Counted from the stretch's first letter, positions 1 through 7,246 are shown. The stretch: 24,000 nt of DNA from Ignicoccus islandicus DSM 13165 (GCF_001481685.1 NZ_CP006867.1:22441-46440); one strand, 5' to 3'. Made by a program: numbers and translations. Notes: generated by a model from the sequence alone, not told the origin.

Positions 1-1296
1 CAAATAAAGACTATGGTAGAGGCAGCTCTCAAACAAGGCGTGCCTCTAGCGGTGCAGCTTACTGGTGGCGAACCAACTCTACGGAAGGACCTTAGAGACA
101 TAGTGATTTTACTTAGGAAGATGGGTGTTAGACATATTCAACTTAATACACATGGAATAAAATTTGCTGAACTCTACCTTCAGGATAAAGAGAAGGCAGC
201 TGAATACGTTAGGAGCCTAAGATACCTCGACGATGGGACGGTTGGAATAAATACTGTATACCTATCATTCGACGGTGTAACGCCTCAAACGAATCCCAAG
301 AACCATTGGGAGGTACCCTATACTTTTGCGGCATTCAGAAAAGGCGGAATGACCTCAGTTGTTCTGGTCCCAACCGTCATAAAGAATTGGAACTTACACG
401 AAGTTGGAGACATAGTCAGATTCGCAGCTTACAACATGGACATCGTTAGAGGCGTCAACTTCCAGCCTGTTTCTCTAACTGGTTTGATGCCTAGGAAAGA
501 GAGAAACAACGCGAGAGTCACTATTCCCGACTTGATTAAGGCACTAGAAGAGCAAACTGATGGTCAGATAACAAAGGACGATTGGTATCCAGTTCCCGTG
601 ACCGTGGCCTTCTCGAGATTTATGGAGGCATTCAAATCCGATACTCCTCACTTTGAACTGACTAATCACCCTATGTGCGGTGCCGCCACCTATACGTATG
701 TGGAAAGGAATGGCAATAAAGTCAGATTCGTTCCGTTACCGCGTTTCGTGGACGTGGAAGGACTTGCCGAATACTTAGAAGAGAAAACGGAGGAACTTCA
801 AAAGGGCGGTCTCATAACGAAAACCAAAGTAGGATTGAAGATAATATATAATCTCAGGAAGTTCATCGACCAAAGCAAGGCACCAGAAGGCTTCGATTTC
901 TGGAACTTGTTATACAATGTCTTAATAAAGAGAAACTACGAGGCACTAGGTAAGCTCCACTATCACTTACTCTACATAGGTACTATGCACTTCATGGATC
1001 TTTACAATTACGATGTTGAGAGAGTCATGAGGTGCAACATACATTACGGAAGCCCCGATGGAAGAGTCATACCTTTCTGTACATATAACGTATTAAATGA
1101 CTTATATAGAGACTACATTATAAAGAAGTATAGTATGAGCCTTGAGGAAGCTAAGAAGGTTCTCGGCGATGACGCTTTACGAAAGTACGTCAGAAACGTT
1201 AAGTTGCTCCAGTCGGGCAATGAATACTTAGAAACCTATAGACCCTTCATGGATAAGATAAAGAAAGGAACAGTAGGGTCTACGCAACCCTCTTAA
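1..1296 (+). CDS. Radical SAM protein, 5'-truncated by the window edge; probable tetraether lipid synthase family (Tes / GDGT-MAS, MJ0619/COG1964-like)
   Basis: The frame is open from nt 1 (caa ata aag act then ATG at 13), so the gene continues off-window. A GGEPTLRKDL radical-SAM GGE-type motif sits near the visible N-terminus. The C-terminal block HFMDLYNYDVERVMRCNIHYGSPDGRVIPFCTYNV is one I associate with the MJ0619/Tes family. The CxxxCxxC cluster motif would lie off-window and was not seen. Confidence 0.6.
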   Translation, partial: QIKTMVEAALKQGVPLAVQLTGGEPTLRKDLRDIVILLRKMGVRHIQLNTHGIKFAELYLQDKEKAAEYVRSLRYLDDGTVGINTVYLSFDGVTPQTNPKNHWEVPYTFAAFRKGGMTSVVLVPTVIKNWNLHEVGDIVRFAAYNMDIVRGVNFQPVSLTGLMPRKERNNARVTIPDLIKALEEQTDGQITKDDWYPVPVTVAFSRFMEAFKSDTPHFELTNHPMCGAATYTYVERNGNKVRFVPLPRFVDVEGLAEYLEEKTEELQKGGLITKTKVGLKIIYNLRKFIDQSKAPEGFDFWNLLYNVLIKRNYEALGKLHYHLLYIGTMHFMDLYNYDVERVMRCNIHYGSPDGRVIPFCTYNVLNDLYRDYIIKKYSMSLEEAKKVLGDDALRKYVRNVKLLQSGNEYLETYRPFMDKIKKGTVGSTQPS

Positions 1297-2203
1297 GAGG
1301 TAACGATTTAAAATCAGACCTTTTTACTATTCGAAGACCTAGTTCTTGTGCAAATTCACACGCTCTGCAAATAGTCCTACCTTTCGAAGTAGGAAAACCG
1401 CAAACGCTGCATTGACTGTGTTCACTTACGTAGCTTTTCGTCTCCAAGTTCTCAATCCACTTCAATAAGCTCGATGCGTTTGATTCACTAAATTGGAATA
1501 AATTTTCACGTATACGTGCGCGTAAGGAAGGCCTCGTGGTTATGTACGGACACTCTTCTGTTTGAAACGGGAAATTCTTCAAATAAGCGTATATTGCTAC
1601 CTCTCTTTCCAGTACTCTCCTCAAAGGTTTTAACCTCCCTTGTGAGAGCTTGAGAACGCCTTCCCAATCACCCCTAAGTACGTTTAAGAGCGACGTGTGC
1701 ACCTCGTCATCCAGAGTATGACCAGTCGCTACGAAATCCGCATTCAGAGCAAGCGCAGCCAAATCTATTATTCTCCTTCGCAAAACTCCGCAGTAAGTAC
1801 ACGGTCTCTCCTTACCAATCTTTATAATTTCCATCAGCGACTTACCGTATACGTCTTTAAAGGAGGTGACGAAGTATTGAATACCTAGTTCCCGCGCAAG
1901 TTTCGCAGCATTAGATATCTCAGTCCCCCTATCGTAACCTTCCGCCCCTTCAATTACAGTTACTGCCACGAGCCTTTCAGTGTCCCATACCTTCGCGCTA
2001 ACGTCCATTAACACCAATGAGTCTTTACCACCAGATACGGCCAAGAGGACCTTGCTCCCCTTTGGAACTTTTTGGAACTCTTTGCGTACCCTCTTTAAAA
2101 CGCTTTCAATGAAGTGGTTCTTACAGAGCGGGACCCTCTCAATAAAGTCGAGCGTTACTGCTTCTTCGGTGCATTTAATGCACCTAAACTTTAATCCCTC
2201 CAA
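1280..2203 (-). CDS. ttuA: tRNA 2-thiolation PP-loop ATPase (TtuA / NcsA / Ncs6-Ctu1 family)
   Basis: Has the PP-loop LLAVSGGKDSLVLM, an N-terminal zinc-finger-like CIKC...CKNH, the central PCTYCGVLRR motif, and a C-terminal CSVCG...CRAC. Its 3' end overlaps the convergent radical-SAM gene by 17 nt. Confidence 0.8.
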   Translation of the reverse strand: MEGLKFRCIKCTEEAVTLDFIERVPLCKNHFIESVLKRVRKEFQKVPKGSKVLLAVSGGKDSLVLMDVSAKVWDTERLVAVTVIEGAEGYDRGTEISNAAKLARELGIQYFVTSFKDVYGKSLMEIIKIGKERPCTYCGVLRRRIIDLAALALNADFVATGHTLDDEVHTSLLNVLRGDWEGVLKLSQGRLKPLRRVLEREVAIYAYLKNFPFQTEECPYITTRPSLRARIRENLFQFSESNASSLLKWIENLETKSYVSEHSQCSVCGFPTSKGRTICRACEFAQELGLRIVKRSDFKSLPLKRVA

Positions 2204-2250
2204 CCCCTATAAGACGGTGCGTCTGTAATGAGCGTCTAGGGAGTTTAATC

Positions 2251-2910
2251 GTGACATGGATCATATTCACTACGGCTAGTTTGGATGGTCGTATAGCTAC
2301 AACAGAGGGTGATTCTAAACTTTCCTGCGAACATGATTTACAATTACTTCATAAGTTTAGATGTTGGAGCGACCTAGTCTTAGTGGGAGCTAACACAGCA
2401 ATAGCGGACGACCCCGGTCTCTTTGTAAAGAGAATTAAGTGTAGTAGGCAACCATACCGTGGAGTGGTTGATGGTAAGTTAAGGATACCTACCAATTTGA
2501 GACTCTTTCGGGATCAACCTTGGTTATCAATGGTTGTGACTACTACCTATGGAATTAGATCGAACCCCACCAAATATAGATTCCTTATTAATAGAGGTGT
2601 GAAAGTAGTTATAGTTGGTAATGGACCTTCAATTGATATGAAGGAAGCTAGAATGAGACTAGAAGAAATGGGAATACGGAGAGTATTAATAGAGGGGGGT
2701 GGTAAGTTAAATTGGTCGCTAATTAAAGAGGACGTTGTGGACAGACTTGAAATCACTTACGTAGGAAGAGTTTTAGGAGCTGGTGTTCCTATTATAGATG
2801 GTGAAGGCTTTAAGAGAGTCTCAGAAGCCCCCTTATTTGCACCTGTCGATATTAGGATATGTAAATGTGGTAGATGTGTACACGTAAGTTGGATTAGGTC
2901 GTTTAAGTAG
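2251..2910 (+). CDS. 2,5-diamino-6-ribosylamino-4(3H)-pyrimidinone 5'-phosphate reductase (RibD C-terminal domain type, archaeal MJ0671-like)
   Basis: GTG start. Motifs SLDGRIAT...DSKLSCEHDL...VGANTAIADDP and VLIEGGGKLNWSL...IIDGEGF follow the MJ0671 layout as I remember it. Confidence 0.8.
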   Translation: MTWIIFTTASLDGRIATTEGDSKLSCEHDLQLLHKFRCWSDLVLVGANTAIADDPGLFVKRIKCSRQPYRGVVDGKLRIPTNLRLFRDQPWLSMVVTTTYGIRSNPTKYRFLINRGVKVVIVGNGPSIDMKEARMRLEEMGIRRVLIEGGGKLNWSLIKEDVVDRLEITYVGRVLGAGVPIIDGEGFKRVSEAPLFAPVDIRICKCGRCVHVSWIRSFK

Positions 2911-2977
2911 AAAGTTATTAGACACCATAATAATTTAACTTTGGAATACTCATGCATTTAATTGGGCGATATAAAGG

Positions 2978-3490
2978 TTGAGCGAGGGGATTAAGATTTT
3001 GAGTGAAGCTAGGGGTGAATGCATTCCCTCGCCGCTAGTTAACGCGATCGTCAGTGCTTATCAAATAGCCATAACGAAAGCCTTAGGTGCAGGAGCTAAT
3101 GCCATGGCCCAGATGCTGCTAACAGAGCTAGGTGACTTCCTTTCGGATTACGTTGAAAGCGTTATAGGTGAGATGGATTACGAGGACGTAAAAGGAGCTG
3201 TAAGAAAGATTTTCCAAGAATTAGGTCTAGCTAAGGAAGTGAAGATCGAGGAGAAGGATGGTAAATGGGTAATCGAAGTTAGAGGTTCGGTCTTCATACC
3301 AACTTATAAGATCCTTGCTCAAAGGGGAATTCAATTCTTCACCTTAAGTCCAGAAGCATTACTCATTGCATCAATAATAAGGAAGAGTCTAAGAATCAAA
3401 GGCGATCAGAAAGCTAGAGTGAGAGTAAATGCAGAAACACCTCAAGATGAAGTATTGAGATTTGAAGTGCAGCAAATCTCAAGCCTCTAA
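2978..3490 (+). CDS. Hypothetical protein, possibly a V4R-like small-molecule-binding domain
   Basis: 170-codon ORF with host-like codon usage and a TTG start. A TATA-like GATATAAAGG lies only about 12 nt upstream, so the in-frame TTG at 2999 may be the real leaderless start. The helical N-terminal part followed by FQELGLAKEVKIEEKDGKWVIEVRGS resembles V4R domains, but the usual Cys residues are absent. Confidence 0.55.
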   Translation: MSEGIKILSEARGECIPSPLVNAIVSAYQIAITKALGAGANAMAQMLLTELGDFLSDYVESVIGEMDYEDVKGAVRKIFQELGLAKEVKIEEKDGKWVIEVRGSVFIPTYKILAQRGIQFFTLSPEALLIASIIRKSLRIKGDQKARVRVNAETPQDEVLRFEVQQISSL

Positions 3491-3524
3491 GGGTCAGGAA
3501 AGTTTGAGCCTGGAACATTTATGG

Positions 3525-4298
3525 ATGCGTAGAGTCCCCTCTGACAACCCATTGGTCTGTACCAAAGGTGAAGTCATAGGGGTAAGTGCCAATTTCAGCG
3601 CCTATGTAATTAGAAGCGATGGGAAGGTACTTTCAAAGATAGACTATAAATCGAGACTTGGACGACCTTGCATAGGTCAAAAGCTACTAGCTTTCCCCTC
3701 GAAAGATGCCATATTCCTTTTTGAACTATCTAAGGGAAAACCTGCCGGTATAATTCCCACTAAAGCGGGCCTTCACGAAACTTGTGCATTCGATAAATCT
3801 GAATCCTTATACACATCGGTTGAGAATATCCTTCTTAAACTTGAAAGAACGCCTGAGGGCAAGTATAAAATAGTTCAAAAGAAGGTTCTAATCGGAAACA
3901 TTTTATCAATTGATTATAATAAGAAACTGGTCGTTGGAACGACCGAAGGTCTGTACATAGGCAAGAAATTCTTAAACATTGGAAGGGTGAACCATGTTAA
4001 AGTAGGTCCCTATATTGCCTCTTCTATACCGTATGGCTTCGCACTCTACGATTTTAATGGTAAGGAGATATTGGAAATCGATGACGTAGAAGTTAGCGGA
4101 ATAGTCTGGTTGGGAGACTTGATAGCGATAGGGGACAGAAGTAGGAAGAGAATACTAATTATCGATACAAGTGGGAACGTCGTCCGAGAACTTAAATTTA
4201 CTGGCTCCGTTAGGAGCTTTGATTGGGATGTAATACTGGTAGTAGCTCATAGGAAGAAAGTACACGCATACCTTCTCACTCCAACCAAGCATCAGTAA
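3525..4298 (+). CDS. Hypothetical protein with beta-propeller-like repeats
   Basis: Long ORF. The track starts it at TTG 3462, overlapping the upstream gene by 29 nt. I prefer ATG 3525 (MRRVPSDNPL). Strand-turn segments recur (SAYVIRSDGKVL, YGFALYDFNGKEIL, ILIIDTSGNVVREL, DVILVVAHRKKVHAYL), suggesting propeller blades. I recognise no family. Confidence 0.6.
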   Translation: MRRVPSDNPLVCTKGEVIGVSANFSAYVIRSDGKVLSKIDYKSRLGRPCIGQKLLAFPSKDAIFLFELSKGKPAGIIPTKAGLHETCAFDKSESLYTSVENILLKLERTPEGKYKIVQKKVLIGNILSIDYNKKLVVGTTEGLYIGKKFLNIGRVNHVKVGPYIASSIPYGFALYDFNGKEILEIDDVEVSGIVWLGDLIAIGDRSRKRILIIDTSGNVVRELKFTGSVRSFDWDVILVVAHRKKVHAYLLTPTKHQ

Positions 4299-4929
4299 TT
4301 TGGTATATCCAATCATCGGGACCTCTTCTCACGATTCTTCCCTTGACGTTTAGCCTTTTCTTAAAGAGGGGTGCGTAAATAACTAAAGTTTCCGCCTCAC
4401 CCCCTTCAAATGCTGGATTGAACTTATACTTTCTCGAAAGTTCAATTATGAGTTCAATGTCATTCTGGGTAATTGGTCGACCTAGAAATTCTGGCCCGAG
4501 TCCCATACTAGCGACCCTAACGAGAATGAACTCGAATCCGTATCTGACGAGATTTCTCATATATTCTTCTTGGTTTATCTTCCAGATAGGGTTTATTACA
4601 CGTAAGCCTAATTTTTGCGAGAGAAACGACATTCTCTGGCGTTGATAATCTGAAAGCAAGGCACCGGTAACCACGTGGGTGGCCCCGTTCCTCTTCGCAA
4701 TCTCAAGTAGATCTATGATTAAGTCCTCGGAACCTTCCATAAAGTAGTTCCTTATTCCCATAGAAGCCGATTGGAGTTTCGTCACTTCGACTGCATTGAA
4801 TTGAAGTAAGAGGGAATCTTCGGGAGGCTTTAAGGTAAGGGTACAACATATATCGATACCGTGAAGTACAGCCCAGTGTAGAGCGAAGATACTGTCCTTA
4901 CCTCCAGAAAGTAAAGCAGCGGCTTTCAG
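4276..4929 (-). CDS. Dph6-like diphthine-ammonia ligase / MJ0570-family N-type ATP pyrophosphatase (start codon unresolved, possibly CTG)
   Basis: The track ORF (4276..4785) contains GALLSDYQRQRMSFLSQKLGL...P.W and EGGEAETLV, as in the MJ0570/PF0828 family. The same frame stays open upstream to 4950 and encodes LKAAALLSGGKDSIFALHWA, the family's N-terminal PP-loop. The only start-like codon there is CTG 4927..4929, which overlaps the TGA of the upstream gene. Confidence 0.75.
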   Translation of the reverse strand: MKAAALLSGGKDSIFALHWAVLHGIDICCTLTLKPPEDSLLLQFNAVEVTKLQSASMGIRNYFMEGSEDLIIDLLEIAKRNGATHVVTGALLSDYQRQRMSFLSQKLGLRVINPIWKINQEEYMRNLVRYGFEFILVRVASMGLGPEFLGRPITQNDIELIIELSRKYKFNPAFEGGEAETLVIYAPLFKKRLNVKGRIVRRGPDDWIYQITDAWLE

Positions 4930-5726
4930 AACACAATCACCGTTTGATCTTCAAGTATAGCTTTAATCACCCTTATTACAGAGTATACAAATATCTTACT
5001 TACAGTTGGGTCTTTGCCTAGAACTTCATAGATGGCTTCTATTCTAACATTCGCTATTGGACTTGATATCTTAACTTTATATTTAGAGCCTTCTACTTGA
5101 CTATCTGCCACTATCTTTAACTTAATATCGCGTCCGGCGGCTAGCACGGCCGCCATTATTGTATTTATTCCATTTTTTATTCTCTTCAACTCTTCTAGAG
5201 CGGAGCCTTCATATAAAACTACGGGTACTTCCGCTGCATCGGGTTCGAATCCAGCTTCCTTCAAGACTTTTGCCAATACTTCGGGAGGTCTCCTAATTTC
5301 AATCTCAACATCTAAGTTCTGTAATGGCGATAATGCGCTAATTATATCCAAGCCTGGGATGGCACCGAATGGGACTATTATCTTACCTCCACTCAGTTTC
5401 GCGATTCTGGTTATTTCCTCGAAATATTTTTCATCAGCTAGAAGCGAAGCCGCTAATAGAACCACCTTATTGCCCCTTTCTAGGAATTTCGGTACTAGAT
5501 CCTTCGCTTTGGACGCCCCGGCCATTTCAACTACAAGTGTGTAATTCTTCTTGAGGGCCACGTCTAAATCAATTATTTTGACCTTTTCGTTAGCTCGATT
5601 AATTTCGATACCAATGTTCTCGGTATCGATTACATCGATTGCATCGATGTTTAATTGCATCTCTTTTAACGTATTGATTGTTTCGATGGCAATGGGTGTA
5701 GTGCCTATTATTAGTATTTCCCCCAC
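4926..5726 (-). CDS. Aspartate dehydrogenase (NadX/DUF108)-like protein, divergent and possibly non-catalytic
   Basis: VVEMAGASKAKD..., IIVPFGAIPGLDIISAL, VVLYEGSALE and NTIMAAVLAAG...KLKIVAD follow the TM1643/AF1838 aspartate dehydrogenase layout. The N-terminal loop is IIGTTPIA instead of GxGxxG, and the protein contains no His, Cys or Trp. Confidence 0.65.
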   Translation of the reverse strand: MGEILIIGTTPIAIETINTLKEMQLNIDAIDVIDTENIGIEINRANEKVKIIDLDVALKKNYTLVVEMAGASKAKDLVPKFLERGNKVVLLAASLLADEKYFEEITRIAKLSGGKIIVPFGAIPGLDIISALSPLQNLDVEIEIRRPPEVLAKVLKEAGFEPDAAEVPVVLYEGSALEELKRIKNGINTIMAAVLAAGRDIKLKIVADSQVEGSKYKVKISSPIANVRIEAIYEVLGKDPTVSKIFVYSVIRVIKAILEDQTVIVF

Positions 5727-5807
5727 GGTTACTGCCCTTTCTATACTACGTCAGGAGTAGAGTATTATAAACTTGATTTTAATCCAAAGGGAACGGGTCG
5801 AGTAATT

Positions 5808-6371
5808 GTGGATAGGGAAAAGATTACATTGCTTGGCTTACTTCTGTACTATTTGTCTAACGGTAATCCTTGCGATCTAATGAATGATATTTCAGAGAGA
5901 TTAAGGAAACTTGGTTTAATAGATGAGAATGGTATATCGAGGATCGCCGAAGGTTTAGTAAAGGAGCTACTTTCCAAGAAAGTTTCACTTAAAGGGATAG
6001 TTGTAAGCGGTAGCGGAGAGGGAAGATACTTCCTGTCCTTAGAAGGCTATCGATCGCAAATAAGGAATAGATTGGGCTTCGATCCCTATCCGGGAACTCT
6101 TAACGTTCTCCTAGATCCTGAGAGCATGGAGAGAAAATTCCTATTACTGACTAGACCACCGATAATTCTGAAGGGGTTTCGAAAGGACGACAGAACCTTC
6201 GGGGAAGTGTTAGCTTATCCAGCGCGTATCAACGGACTGTGGCCAGCGGCTCTAGTTATACCTTTAAGAACGCACCATCCGCCATCTATAATAGAGATAA
6301 TTTCTCCTTACAAGTTGCGCGAGAAATTGGAGTTAAAGAACGGAGATTACGTTGCCATTGAAATCTATTAG
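5808..6371 (+). CDS. ribK: CTP-dependent riboflavin kinase (archaeal RibK, MJ0056 family) with an N-terminal extension of about 60 aa
   Basis: GTG start. VVSGSGEGRYFLSLEGYRSQIRNRLGFDPYPGTLNV and HHPPSIIEIISPYKLREKLELKNGDYV closely parallel MJ0056 (GLGEGRYFLSL...EPYEGTLNL...IIEIIAP.KLRE). Confidence 0.9.
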   Translation: MDREKITLLGLLLYYLSNGNPCDLMNDISERLRKLGLIDENGISRIAEGLVKELLSKKVSLKGIVVSGSGEGRYFLSLEGYRSQIRNRLGFDPYPGTLNVLLDPESMERKFLLLTRPPIILKGFRKDDRTFGEVLAYPARINGLWPAALVIPLRTHHPPSIIEIISPYKLREKLELKNGDYVAIEIY

Positions 6372-6374
6372 CTT

Positions 6375-6641
6375 CTAAGCTTCACTTTGATTACCATATA
6401 ACCTTTCGTACTCTCTGTTGACCGCTTCAAGAACCTGCTTCCACATTTCAAAGCTCTCCTTCCACTGCTCTTCATCAACCTTGGCGATAGCTGCTCCGGC
6501 ATGTACCATTACGTAATCACCGGGTTCCACGTCTTCGACTAATGTAATGTCTACTTCAGCTTTGTTTCCGAAAACGTCAACTACGGCTACACCGTTTTCT
6601 CTATCTACTTCAATTATTTTCGCGGGTATACCTAGACACAA
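6375..6641 (-). CDS. hypC: [NiFe]-hydrogenase maturation chaperone HypC/HupF
   Basis: Has the N-terminal signature MCLGIPAKIIEV. The size (88 aa) and GDYVMVHAGAAIAKVDEE are typical of HypC. Confidence 0.9.
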   Translation of the reverse strand: MCLGIPAKIIEVDRENGVAVVDVFGNKAEVDITLVEDVEPGDYVMVHAGAAIAKVDEEQWKESFEMWKQVLEAVNREYERLYGNQSEA

Positions 6642-6724
6642 GCGTTTATCCCGATACGAAAACGAAGGAGTAGTGGTTTATAAGTTAGAATAAATTGTTT
6701 TTAGAAAAATCGAATAACTTAGGT

Positions 6725-7222
6725 TTAGTTCTTTCTACTCCTCCTTCTAAGACCTATCAAGGCAGCAGCTGCTGCCGCCATTAGTGCCGGGGCCGGAATT
6801 CCAGCAATGTATAGAACTATTTCACCACTTATGGAGCCACCGTTTGGCAAACTTATACTAAACGTTTGCGTATTTTCTCCACCAGCTTTGAAGGTCATTA
6901 AGGTTGAGGTTGAAGTTGATGCAACGCTTATTCCGTTGTCAGCTGTTACTGCTATGCCTAGGTCTAAAGACCACGTTCCAAACGCGGTAGGTGTTTGTGT
7001 AATGTCTATAGTTGTCGAGATAGGAACGTTCGGTACGCTTACTACTGACGAGGTTGACGTTACGTATTGGAATCCAAGTGGTCCGAGTAAGGTCATGTTA
7101 AGGGTGTAAGTATAGGTCATAATAATTCCTTGTGCACCGGGACTGAAAGTTAGAGCGATGTAGTTTTGCGAAGCTAATAGAAGCGCTGGGAGCAAGCTCA
7201 TCAATACAAAGGCTCTCTTCAT
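6725..7222 (-). CDS. Small secreted Ser/Thr-rich protein with an N-terminal signal peptide and a C-terminal sorting-signal-like anchor
   Basis: N-terminus is MKRAFVLMSLLPALLLASQ (signal-peptide-like). The body is Ser/Thr-rich and beta-rich. The C-terminus is GIPAPALMAAAAAALIGLRRRSRKN: a Pro motif, a hydrophobic helix and an Arg cluster. Confidence 0.7.
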   Translation of the reverse strand: MKRAFVLMSLLPALLLASQNYIALTFSPGAQGIIMTYTYTLNMTLLGPLGFQYVTSTSSVVSVPNVPISTTIDITQTPTAFGTWSLDLGIAVTADNGISVASTSTSTLMTFKAGGENTQTFSISLPNGGSISGEIVLYIAGIPAPALMAAAAAALIGLRRRSRKN

Positions 7223-7238
7223 ATTTAATCACTCTCAC

Positions 7239-7246
7239 TATAAGGT
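7239..7246 (+). promoter_or_regulatory. TATA-box-like element for a leaderless trmJ-like transcript
   Basis: CTATAAGG begins 28 nt upstream of ATG 7267, inside a 44-nt divergent intergenic region. The spacing fits a leaderless or near-leaderless mRNA. Confidence 0.4.

Noticed and set aside
5241-5252. GGGTTCGAATCC, a tRNA T-arm/T-loop-like string
   Set aside because: The flanks do not form a 5-bp T-stem (TCGGG versus CCAGC) and no acceptor or anticodon arms are evident. It lies inside the AspDH-like CDS, encoding ..FEPDAAE.. on the minus strand.
5625-5648. ATCGAT recurring three times with a 9-bp period (ATCGATTAC ATCGATTGC ATCGATG)
   Set aside because: It lies inside the AspDH-like CDS and simply encodes a short I-D-x repeat (NIDAIDVID). 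It is too short and imperfect to count as a structured repeat element.
6761-6776. Perfect 16-bp palindrome GGCAGCAGCTGCTGCC
   Set aside because: It encodes the poly-Ala stretch (AAAAAA) of the C-terminal helix of the secreted protein. GCN codons and their complements readily generate such palindromes, and about 0.4 perfect 16-mers are expected by chance in 24 kb.
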